A DNA stretch of 63,639 nucleotides, the filler included, from Octopus bimaculoides (Eukaryota), in the NCBI RefSeq assembly GCF_001194135.2. It is 6 parts of 6 records of this genome, joined end to end, with 100 filler letters (N's around TTAATTAATTAA, not from the genome) between each part and the next. Parts side by side here need not be neighbours in the genome. Positions count along the whole stretch, not along the records: positions 24,192 to 44,135 come from NC_068991.1; positions 44,236 to 57,249 come from NC_068989.1; 4 more parts are not named here. One strand, written 5' to 3'. Below, piece after piece: positions 38,880 to 49,488 of the stretch. The notes under the pieces are model-generated. The model saw only the letters and a program-made list of their open reading frames with translations. It was not told where the DNA came from and ran no database searches. Within the stretch, counting starts at the first letter, position 1. Each line of letters opens with the position of its first letter. Position numbers and translations under genes: made by a program.

Positions 38880-39090
38880 GTATGTATAGGTGCATATCTG
38901 GGTACAGGACATTGCAAACAAAACGTAGACTAGAAAATAATAATAACCAGAGTACAGAAAACACACAGGCCACATAGAGAACATTTTCCTTTATCAGCTA
39001 CCCCCATTTTAACACCGGCGTTTCGAAGAGTAGGGCAGGACGCATCGTTAAAATGGCTCTTCCCATGGATCACAAATTAAATTTGTATAC
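38880..39090 (-). mobile_element. Short (TA)n-associated element with reversed-order hammerhead motifs (best copy)
   Basis: See finding 38987-39056. Confidence 0.6.
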
Positions 39091-39161
39091 ACAAATTAAA
39101 CTTGTATAGATAGATAGAGAGAGAGAGAGAGAGAGGGGAAGAGAATGACAGACATACAGGC

Positions 39162-39200
<39 letters not shown>

Positions 39201-41193
39201 TAGATAGATATGCGGTGGTAGTTACTACACAAGTAAGACATATATATTTTAAGACTGTTTTTATAAACGAGCTACACGGCGATTATAACATTTACAGTGA
39301 CGTTACGTTCGACAGAGAACATTCTTGTAATACTTACGAAATGGCATAATTTTACATTCACAGTTGACATTGGTCTAAGATTTAATGCTCGAATCTTGAT
39401 TAAATCTGACAAGTTTCAAATGGATTAGATCAAATATATAAAGAAAATATCAATGGAGAAAATTGCGGAAATGAAACGTGTGTATATACGTGTATATATG
39501 TGTGCATATGTCTACGTGTGTATGTGTTTTGTGTGGCTGTGAGATGCATGTTGATAAGACATTACGTATGAAAGAAGAGAGCGCAGGATTAAATTTAGTG
39601 AGATAATGAATGTAAGCCATGTTTGGCTACAATGGAATAGGGAATGCATGATATATACATATATATATATATANNNNNNNNNNNNNNNNNNNNNNNNNNN
39701 NNNNNNNNNNNNNNNNNNNNNNNNNNNNNNNNNNNNNNNNNNNNNNNNNNNNNNNNNNNNNNNNNNNNNNNNNNNNNNNNNNNNNNNNNNNNNNNNNNNN
39801 NNNNNNNNNNNNNNNNNNNNNNNNNNNNNNNNNNNNNNNNNNNNNNNNNNNNNNNNNNNNNNNNNNNNNNNNNNNNNNNNNNNNNNNNNNNNNNNNNNNN
39901 NNNNNNNNNNNNNNNNNNNNNNNNNNNNNNNNNNNNNNNNNNNNNNNNNNNNNNNNNNNNNNNNNNNNNNNNNNNNNNNNNNNNNNNNNNNNNNNNNNNN
40001 NNNNNNNNNNNNNNNNNNNNNNNNNNNNNNNNNNNNNNNNNNNNNNNNNNNNNNNNNNNNNNNNNNNNNNNNNNNNNNNNNNNNNNNNNNNNNNNNNNNN
40101 NNNNNNNNNNNNNNNNNNNNNNNNNNNNNNNNNNNNNNNNNNNNNNNNNNNNNNNNNNNNNNNNNNNNNNNNNNNNNNNNNNNNNNNNNNNNNNNNNNNN
40201 NNNNNNNNNNNNNNNNNNNNNNNNNNNNNNNNNNNNNNNNNNNNNNNNNNNNNNNNNNNNNNNNNNNNNNNNNNNNNNNNNNNNNNNNNNNNNNNNNNNN
40301 NNNNNNNNNNNNNNNNNNNNNNNNNNNNNNNNNNNNNNNNNNNNNNNNNNNNNNNNNNNNNNNNNNNNNNNNNNNNNNNNNNNNNNNNNNNNNNNNNNNN
40401 NNNNNNNNNNNNNNNNNNNNNNNNNNNNNNNNNNNNNNNNNNNNNNNNNNNNNNNNNNNNNNNNNNNNNNNNNNNNNNNNNNNNNNNNNNNGAGGAGGAG
40501 GAAGTAGAAGAAGAAGAGTAATAGGAATAAGTGTGGTTCACTGATTATAGAAGCTAAAAGTGGGGTAACATTACCACCTATCTCAGGTGTTGAGTGAAAT
40601 CATGTCGAGTTGTTAGGGTCGGGGCGGGATGAGTAAACCCAAGTGGAGATATGGAACTCTGTGGGCAGTGGAAGAACCAAAAAAAAAAAAACAAAAAGAA
40701 AACTTTGAGGCTGCATTTTGATTTAAGCGTTATAAATTTGTTATTCATTCACACAGCTGGAGTTTCAGATACAGGCAAGAGATATCTTGGCTCACATCTC
40801 ACCAAACGCATAAATATTTGTGTGTGTATATATCTATCTGTGTGTGTGTATGTATGTATGTGTGTTTGCGTATGTGAGTGAGAGAGAGAGAAAGAGAGAG
40901 TAAACGGGAAAGGAAGAGGATGTATGTATATTTATATTTGCTTATGGTGCCTGTATTCGTTTATGGAGAAGCTTGTATGAATGTATGTGGTTATCTAAAT
41001 ATGTAAGTGTGTTTGTATGCATCTGTGTATATAGATTTTTGTGCATGTATTTACGTATGTACTTACGTATGTATGCATGCATTTATGCTTATATCAACAC
41101 ACACGTAATATAAATATGCAAGTGTATATACGCGTGTTTCTTTGCAAATATGTAAAAATATATACGCATTAACATGGTTTCATCTTTGTAAAT

Positions 41194-41225
<32 letters not shown>

Positions 41226-41745
41226 TCAAAAATACCCACTCGCACGCACACACGTAAGCATACGAGCATGCAGACACATCTACACATCCACACATACACA
41301 AATGCATACACACATATATGTATGCATATATNNNNNNNNNNNNNNNNNNNNNNNNNNNNNNNNNNNNNNNNNNNNNNNNNNNNNNNNNNNNNNNNNNNNN
41401 NNNNNNNNNNNNNNNNNNNNNNNNNNNNNNNNNNNNNNNNNNNNNNNNNNNNNNNNNNNNNNNNNNNNNNNNNNNNNNNNNNNNNNNNNNNNNNNNNNNN
41501 NNNNNNNNNNNNNNNNNNNNNNNNNNNNNNNNNNNNNNNNNNNNNNNNNNNNNNNNNNNNNNNNNNNNNNNNNNNNNNNNNNNNNNNNNNNNNNNNNNNN
41601 NNNNNNNNNNNNNNNNNNNNNNNNNNNNNNNNNNNNNNNNNNNNNNNNNNNNNNNNNNNNNNNNNNNNNNNNNNNNNNNNNNNNNNNNNNNNNNNNNNNN
41701 NNNNNNNNNNNNNNNNNNNNNNNNNNNNNNNNNNNNNNNNNNNNN

Positions 41746-41792
<47 letters not shown>

Positions 41793-42259
41793 TACACATA
41801 AGTATATGTGTGTGTGTGTGAGTTTGTGTTTATGTTGGAACGAGCATGCATATATGCTTATATGCGCGTACGTGTGTATGTGTGTATGCTTGTACGTTGT
41901 GAGTATAATTGATAAGATCGCGTTAGTAATGTTACTCTACCGATGAGTAATCATCACAAAGTAAAAATAGTGAAACATACAAAAAAAGATCTGAGATCAT
42001 TTGTGAGTTAGAAGTCACAGCTGGCCATGACTTCGTAATGTCTTTACCAGAAGTTTCTGCGGCTCTTCTCATGTAACTCTGACTGCGATGTATCTCTAGT
42101 GAAGTGGTTTATCTCTTAATCTAAACAGGCCATCAAGTTCTGTATCGGAGGACACATCACAAAAAAAAAAAAAGAACAGTGATTCTTCAGTATGCAGTAT
42201 ACAATGGAGTCCCTCTTGTTGCAATTGTTTATTTAGACGTTTTGTGGGGGGTTTAGCAC

Positions 42260-42405
42260 CTAATGCATCGCTATTCGTGCAGATTTGGGGTCAAAGGTAA
42301 TCCCGTTAGGACCATTTGTATTGTAGGTCATATCTACGTTCATGTTTTCTAAAGTGTCCTTCGTTTGTTTAACAAGTTGATTTAATAGATTTTTGACTTC
42401 ACTTT
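42260..42405 (-). CDS. Candidate terminal coding exon of an unidentified minus-strand gene
   Basis: cctgatag|AA AGT GAA..(E)SEVKNLLNQLVKQTKDTLENMNVDMTYNTNGPNGITFDPKSARIAMH*; AATAAA at 42233-42228. Confidence 0.4.
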
Positions 42406-42667
42406 CTATCAGGTATAACATACACGTAGAGCAGCGGTTCAGTAAATGGCAAAACCAAGGCCCACTTACCCCGTAGCCATCAGCTGACAACCTTGTCCGT
42501 CGTATTAGGGTGTGTTCTGTGTGTTTGAATGTACGTTTGTCTTTGCCCTCCTGACAACCGTTGTTGGTTTGTTAACGTTCCCGTAACCTAGTGGATTGGC
42601 AAAATATACCGACAGAATAAGTACCAGAGTTTAAAATACGTACTACGGTCGATATGATTGAGTAAAC

Positions 42668-42832
42668 CAACGGTTCCCAAGCTTTTCATTACAAAGGGCC
42701 CCTTTTATCTAAATGAGTTTTCCGACGGACCCCAACATATTGAAAGAGCTATGAGCTTATCATGCTCACAGACCGCCGGTACTACCATTGCGGACCACCA
42801 GGGGCCCGTGGCCCACAGTTTAAGAACCAGTG
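42668..42832. mobile_element. hAT (Charlie-like) MITE nested in a SINE A copy (about 42500-42870)
   Basis: CAACGGTTCCCAAGC...GTTTAAGAACCAGTG resemble CAGTGGTTCCCAA-type TIRs; 8-bp flanks GAGTAAAC/GATTGATC match at 5 of 8. Confidence 0.7.
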
Positions 42833-43512
42833 GATTGATCCCTTCAAGGTGGTGCCCGAGCAAGCCGTATATATANNNNNNNNNNNNNNNNNNNNNNNNN
42901 NNNNNNNNNNNNNNNNNNNNNNNNNNNNNNNNNNNNNNNNNNNNNNNNNNNNNNNNNNNNNNNNNNNNNNNNNNNNNNNNNNNNNNNNNNNNNNNNNNNN
43001 NNNNNNNNNNNNNNNNNNNNNNNNNNNNNNNNNNNNNNNNNNNNNNNNNNNNNNNNNNNNNNNNNNNNNNNNNNNNNNNNNNNNNNNNNNNNNNNNNNNN
43101 NNNNNNNNNNNNNNNNNNNNNNNNNNNNNNNNNNNNNNNNNNNNNNNNNNNNNNNNNNNNNNNNNNNNNNNNNNNNNNNNNNNNNNNNNNNNNNNNNNNN
43201 NNNNNNNNNNNNNNNNNNNNNNNNNNNNNNNNNNNNNNNNNNNNNNNNNNNNNNNNNNNNNNNNNNNNNNNNNNNNNNNNNNNNNNNNNNNNNNNNNNNN
43301 NNNNNNNNNNNNNNNNNNNNNNNNNNNNNNNNNNNNNNNNNNNNNNNNNNNNNNNNNNNNNNNNNNNNNNNNNNNNNNNNNNNNNNNNNNNNNNNNNNNN
43401 NNNNNNNNNNNNNNNNNNNNNNNNNNNNNNNNNNNNNNNNNNNNNNNNNNNNNNNNNNNNNNNNNNNNNNNNNNNNNNNNNNNNNNNNNNNNNNNNNNNN
43501 NNNNNNNNNNNN

Positions 43513-43543
<31 letters not shown>

Positions 43544-43549
43544 TATATT

Positions 43550-43740
43550 GATAGAAAGGACAACAAAAGAAACAAAGAGACCACGATATTATGTAAATAG
43601 AGGAATTTATCTGTAAAAATATATGACACTTATTCGGTAGCCATGATAAAACTCCGAGTTTCGGATGCCGGGGTGGGAACGGTTAAACGGTCATTTTTCA
43701 CAGGAATTTTCAATGGCCGGATAACTGAAGAGATGATGGC
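43550..43740. mobile_element. Short PLE-derived element with hammerhead halves on opposite strands
   Basis: See finding 43645-43740. Confidence 0.45.
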
Positions 43741-43744
43741 GTGG

Positions 43745-44095
43745 GTTCCACTCTGTGACACCTTGTGCAAGTGTCTTCTACTGTAGTCTCGGGCTGATCA
43801 AGGCCTTGTGAGTGGATTTAGTAGACGGAAACTCAAATAAGCCCGTTGTGTATAAATGTGTGTGTGGGGTATATGTTTGTGTGTCTGTGTTTGTTCCCCC
43901 CAACATCGCTTGGCAACCGATGCTGGTGTATTTACGTCCCCGTAACTTATCGGTTCGACATAAGACACCGATAGACTAAGTACTAGGCTTACAAAGAATA
44001 AGTCCTGGGGTCGGTTTGTTTGTCTAAAAGGCGGTGCTCCAGCATGGCCGCAGTCAAATAACTGAAACAAATAAAAGAATAAAATAATAAAAGAA
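43745..44095 (+). mobile_element. SINE A
   Basis: GACACCTTGTGCAAGTGTCTTCTAC..GGTGCTCCAGCATGGCCGCAGTCAAATAACTGAAAC. Confidence 0.9.
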
Positions 44096-44259
44096 TTCAT
44101 ATTTACGTAGATATATATATATATATATATATATANNNNNNNNNNNNNNNNNNNNNNNNNNNNNNNNNNNNNNNNNNNNTTAATTAATTAANNNNNNNNN
44201 NNNNNNNNNNNNNNNNNNNNNNNNNNNNNNNNNNNATATATATATATATATATACATAT

Positions 44260-45251
44260 CACAGTTGCATCCTCGTTACATGAGAAAAAACATTGCCAAG
44301 AAGACTTACAGAAATGAATCGTGATTGTTGCCATGTGATGCCCTTATATGACTTAGCCAAGTTTTTACACATTTTATTACATACTAGACAACTGTACTGG
44401 CTGGCAGGAGAAACAGGTCCCACCATATTCACTCTTTTAAGATGTCTTTTTAGACCTCCAAGTGTGAGGCACACCCTTTCACATTAACCCATGTTCTGTT
44501 GCGTATTTTAATACCCACATCATTTTCTGTCTCCCTCTCTCAAACCTTGAACAACCATCATGCACTACCCTCCTCCATCCATCATGATTTTATGCCTCCC
44601 TGTCCCAATTACCAGCTGCAATTCCTGTCTGTATTAGAGCATTTTTAAGGCAATCCTTAAACCTTAATTTAGGCCTATGTGCTGGTCTCCTGCCATCTTT
44701 CAGCTCACCATACAATAGCTGCTCGGGCAGTCGCTCATCAATCATCCTTACCAAATGTTCCCCCCAGCTCAAACGTCTTTGCAAAATCATTGACTCTATA
44801 CTTCTACTACCACTCCTCTCAAGCACCTCCACATTTTCCGGTTTATCCCCAGAATTTTTCTTTGACAGTATTGATGAAATCATTCCGATTGCCTTACCTG
44901 CTTACGGTAAACAACCCATGCCTTACTTCCATATAGCAGAGATGGGGGCGCATGTGTTATATACCTTAACTTTAATTTGTGAAGATATATTATGTTGTTT
45001 CCATAGACGCCTATCAAGCTTACCAAAAGCCCTACTAGCCCTGCTGATTCTGTATGAAGTTTCATCATCAAGACCAGCAGTGCTCAAGGTACTTCCTAAA
45101 TAAATAAATCTAGGTACAGTCACCAACTTTTGACCATTCACAGTTATAAAAGTTTCCACATACATCTTGGAGGGAGCAGGCTGGTACATTACAACAGTTT
45201 TTTTAGATTTATTGTTAGACCCAACTCTGCACATGCTGCAGAGATTGCATT
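44260..45251 (-). mobile_element. Decayed RTE (BovB-type) LINE, RT end through C-terminal zinc-finger-like region
   Basis: LGLTINLKK..MYQPAP..FIYLGSTLS..RISRASRAFGKL..RRLSWGEHLVRM..LLYGEL..RPKLRFKDCLK..CLVCNKMC. Confidence 0.9.
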
Positions 45252-45449
45252 NNNNNNNNNNNNNNNNNNNNNNNNNNNNNNNNNNNNNNNNNNNNNNNNN
45301 NNNNNNNNNNNNNNNNNNNNNNNNNNNNNNNNNNNNNNNNNNNNNNNNNNNNNNNNNNNNNNNNNNNNNNNNNNNNNNNNNNNNNNNNNNNNNNNNNNNN
45401 NNNNNNNNNNNNNNNNNNNNNNNNNNNNNNNNNNNNNNNNNNNNNNNNN

Positions 45450-46182
45450 ATTTGAAAGACTAAGAGCTCTTACCTCTGCTGGTGACAAAGGGTCTCTCTC
45501 TCTCTCAGAGTAAAAGGCAGACTGTATGACGCATGTGTACGAACAGCCATGCTTCATGGCAGTGAAACATGGGCCGTGACTGCTGAAGACATGTGTAGAA
45601 TCGCAAGGAATGAAGCCAGTATGCTCCGATGGATGTGTAATGTCAGTGTGCATACTCGACAGAGTGTAAGTACCTTGAGAGAAAAGTTGAACCTAAGAAG
45701 CATCAGTTGTGGTGTGCAAGAGAGACGATTGTGCTGGAATGGTCATGTGGCAAGAATGGATGAGGATAGCTATGTGAAAAAGTGCCACACCCTAGCGATT
45801 GATGGAGCCTGTGGAAGAGGTAGACCAAGGAAGACCTGGGATGAGGTGGTGAAGCACGACCTTCGAACATTAGGCCTCACTGAGGCAATGACTTGTGACC
45901 GAGACCTTTGGAAATATGCTGTGCGTGAGAAGACTCGGCAAGGCAAGTGAGACCTAAATCCAAGGCCTCCACCAGGGGTGTAGTCAGCCCACTTCTGCGT
46001 ACCTTCCTTCATTGGACACTAAACTCCGCTTGCGAAGACCTGTTGAGGCAAGTGAAATCGAAATCGAGCTAAATTCGACGACTGGCACCCACACCAACGT
46101 CGTCTCCTTCATTGGACACGAAACTCGGCCTGTTAGGGCAAGCGAAAGCGAAATCGTCATGGCACCTGTGCCCAGCGTCGCA
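45450..46182 (+). mobile_element. RTE-clade LINE 3' part with the start of the 3' UTR
   Basis: MLHGSETWAVT..RNEASMLRWMC..RRLCWNGHVARM..GRGRPRKTWDEVVKHDL..DRDLW; stop at 45950; UTR has a 100-bp-spaced repeat CCTTCATTGGACAC (46006 and 46106). Confidence 0.9.
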
Positions 46183-46780
46183 NNNNNNNNNNNNNNNNNN
46201 NNNNNNNNNNNNNNNNNNNNNNNNNNNNNNNNNNNNNNNNNNNNNNNNNNNNNNNNNNNNNNNNNNNNNNNNNNNNNNNNNNNNNNNNNNNNNNNNNNNN
46301 NNNNNNNNNNNNNNNNNNNNNNNNNNNNNNNNNNNNNNNNNNNNNNNNNNNNNNNNNNNNNNNNNNNNNNNNNNNNNNNNNNNNNNNNNNNNNNNNNNNN
46401 NNNNNNNNNNNNNNNNNNNNNNNNNNNNNNNNNNNNNNNNNNNNNNNNNNNNNNNNNNNNNNNNNNNNNNNNNNNNNNNNNNNNNNNNNNNNNNNNNNNN
46501 NNNNNNNNNNNNNNNNNNNNNNNNNNNNNNNNNNNNNNNNNNNNNNNNNNNNNNNNNNNNNNNNNNNNNNNNNNNNNNNNNNNNNNNNNNNNNNAAGAAA
46601 GTTCTTGCAGAATTTTTAATTTTGGTTTTAAATTATTAAAATTTGGTTTTCAAATTAATTTCCATTAAATTACTTTGACTTTGTATATCATTTTAAAGCC
46701 CGTTTTCTGCTCTATCTAATCGTGTTACTCTTTTTCTTTTTGAATAATTAGGCCATTTTTTCTGGAACGTTGAATACAAC

Positions 46781-47362
46781 ATGGACAGAAATCAAATTTG
46801 CACAATTTTCTTATTCCAGTTCAAGCTAGGCCAAAAAGCTGCTGAAACAGCTTGCAATATCAATGATGCATTTGACCCACGAACCACTAATGAACATACA
46901 ACACAATGGTGGTTCAAGAAATTTCGTAGCAGTGACGAGAGTCTTGAAGATAATGAGCGTAGTGGTTGGCCATCGGATGTTGACAATGATCAACTAAGAA
47001 CCTTAGTGGAAGCCAATCCATACACAACTGTTCAAGAGCTTGCTTCTGACTTAGACGTAACATATACGACAATTTCCAACCACTTGAAAGAGATTGGAAA
47101 AACAAAAATACTTGAGAAATGGGTGCCGCACGAATTGAATNNNNNNNNNNAAAAAAAAAACCCCCCCCGCCATTTTGAAGTGTCGTCTTCCCTTCTTTTA
47201 TGCAATAAGAATGACCAGATTGTGACTTACGATGAAAAGTGGATTCTTTACGACAACTGGCGATGCTCAGCTCAGTGGCTGGACACCGACGAAGCTCCAC
47301 AGCACTTCCTGAAGCCAAAGTTGCACCAAAAGGAGGTCATTGTGACTGTTTGGTGGTCTGCG
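46781..47362 (+). mobile_element. Truncated mariner transposase (Hsmar1/cecropia-like)
   Basis: HTH region (FKLGQKAAETACNIN..WFKKFR..LEDNERSG), WVPHEL, TYDEKW (first catalytic Asp), K+IVTVWWS; ends in a microsatellite before D2/D3. Confidence 0.92.
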
Positions 47363-47950
47363 ATCATAAATATAGATATACATACAAATATACACATATA
47401 TGGATATGTATACAAACATACTAAAAATATGTACGCATGTACATGCTCACATAAATAAAAGCATATGCACATATACATACACATCTATGTACGTATGCAC
47501 ATATATATGCATATATACATACACGTATACTTACACACACACATGCACATATATATATACGTACACACACATACATGTAAATACATACATATACATACCA
47601 ACAATGCATACATACACATGAATATAAATATATAGGGATATATCTACATCATATGCAAACAATTTTTTTTTAAATACTGCCCAGTGTGTATAATATTAAA
47701 ATTTCAAAAATAAAATAACAATAATGAAATTATACATTAATTTGATAAAACATAATTAAATAGGTGAGTAAAAATAAAATGAAATACAATAATAAAAATG
47801 AACCTTGGCAAAATTTAAAATTAAATTTATAAAACAATCGAAGACTTTCTTAAAGATTAAGTGGAAATATATACATCATCATTGTGATGCAAAATAACCA
47901 TACACTGTAAAGACAAATTCAAAGGCGACAGTCAAAAAATATTTCGAAAG

Positions 47951-48430
47951 TCAAAACCCATATGGTACTTTGTCAGTTGACATTTTAAATTTTGTGGTGT
48001 ACCTGCAGGAATTTAAGAGCTTGTAGCTCTTGTTCAAAGCGTTTTTATCCTGGAACAGGATAAAGAACTTTTCAGAGAGGCAAAGATCACATTCCATAGG
48101 TCTTTTATAAGTTCTATGTCTGTATGCTGATGCTTTATCTAGAATTTTTCCGGTTACATTCAAAGGACGGGTGTCATTCTCTTTCAATTCTCAGACATAC
48201 TTTGCAAGACTAGTCACTCTCCTGTTCTCAGAGTATCGGAAGGAATTTTGGTGGGAATAGAATCGAGTCTTGAATGAATTTTCTGAAGCTCCTGTATATG
48301 TTTTATATTCTTGCGAGCCATCTATTAGTACTTTGGCTCTATAAACAATACCTTTTTTTAAGACATTTTCCTTTCAAAGGACAGCAAGTCTCATTTTTGA
48401 AGTTGCAATTCCTAGAATTAGATTCGGCAC
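47951..48430 (-). pseudogene. 5'-truncated PLE GIY-YIG endonuclease fragment
   Basis: NCN(F)K..CCPLKGKC / IVYRAKV..KTYTGAS..FKTRFYSHQNSF..LAKYV*ELK..CDLCLSEK..LNK..C; one +1 frameshift in T7 at 48353-48359 and one TGG>TGA. Confidence 0.85.
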
Positions 48431-48603
48431 TGTATATGTTTTTGTTTACGTATGAGTATATTTATTTGTATAAATATCTAATATATATATGTAGTGAAAC
48501 TACCTATCGTCACTAGATACAAAACTACTATCGCCATTACATACAATCTTCTCATTTAAATATAAATAAATGCGAGCGTAGTAGAGAACCCATTCCTTAT
48601 CAT

Positions 48604-48735
48604 CACGTGACTGAATCGGCAACTTCTTCGAACCTTTCCCGCCAGAACGCAAACTGACCAATCACGGCCCCTAATAAGGTCACGTGATAGAGTAAAATTC
48701 TGAAGCCATTGGGAGCCCATAGTTTGTTATAAATA
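48604..48735 (+). promoter_or_regulatory. Pol II promoter-like motif cluster
   Basis: CACGTG at 48604 and 48681, TGACCAATCA (CCAAT 48658), ATTGG 48708, TATAAATA 48728. Confidence 0.5.
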
Positions 48736-49488
48736 GCTTTAACTCATACCCAATAATTTGTCTCGGTCCAGTTTCTCTTTGAGAACTGTTCCGTGTACCA
48801 CACGACAGCAGTAGCAGCCAGCGACCATTTCAGCAGCTTCGTCCAGCCACGATGACCACCGTCGTCGCCACATCAGCAACAAGAGTCTACGACTACTATC
48901 CAGCATCATCGTCATGACCAACACGATTACTACCAAACAGCCTCTACACCACCAGCGTCAACACGACTTACTATGTACACCAAACCAAACCTCCGCGGCA
49001 CATCTCTCTCTTCGATTCTGTTAGGTGATTCAGCTTCACCACGGTAAATAGACAGACAAGAGTTCTTAAACAGACAAGAAATTCTCAGCCAGCGACGAAC
49101 ATCTGTATAACAAGAATCACGGCCCGGCATCGATGCCACNNNNNNNNNNNNNNNNNNNNNNNNNNNNNNNNNNNNNNNNNNNNNNNNNNNNNNNNNNNNN
49201 NNNNNNNNNNNNNNNNNNNNNNNNNNNNNNNNNNNNNNNNNNNNNNNNNNNNNNNNNNNNNNNNNNNNNNNNNNTGTTAGTTGGGTTATAGGAATTAGTG
49301 TAAACACCAATACCAACATTATTAATAGGACGATTAAGGCTAATAACAAGACGAAGCAAAAATACAATAGCCACCTGAACAAAACCAATATTAAGGAATA
49401 CAAAGATAAGTTTAGTATAAATAACAGCAAGACCCAGCAGACTAAAAGAAACCATACATCGGGCCCATAAATACCTAACAATACTAAC

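Noticed and set aside
45189-45653. Apparent 5'-inverted single LINE around gap 45252-45449
   Set aside because: The two sides are different RTE subgroups by peptide, so they are adjacent insertions or a join effect
48490-48800. Possible solo LTR (TGTAGT...ACCACA with a TATA box)
   Set aside because: No TSD, no PBS or PPT, and imperfect termini
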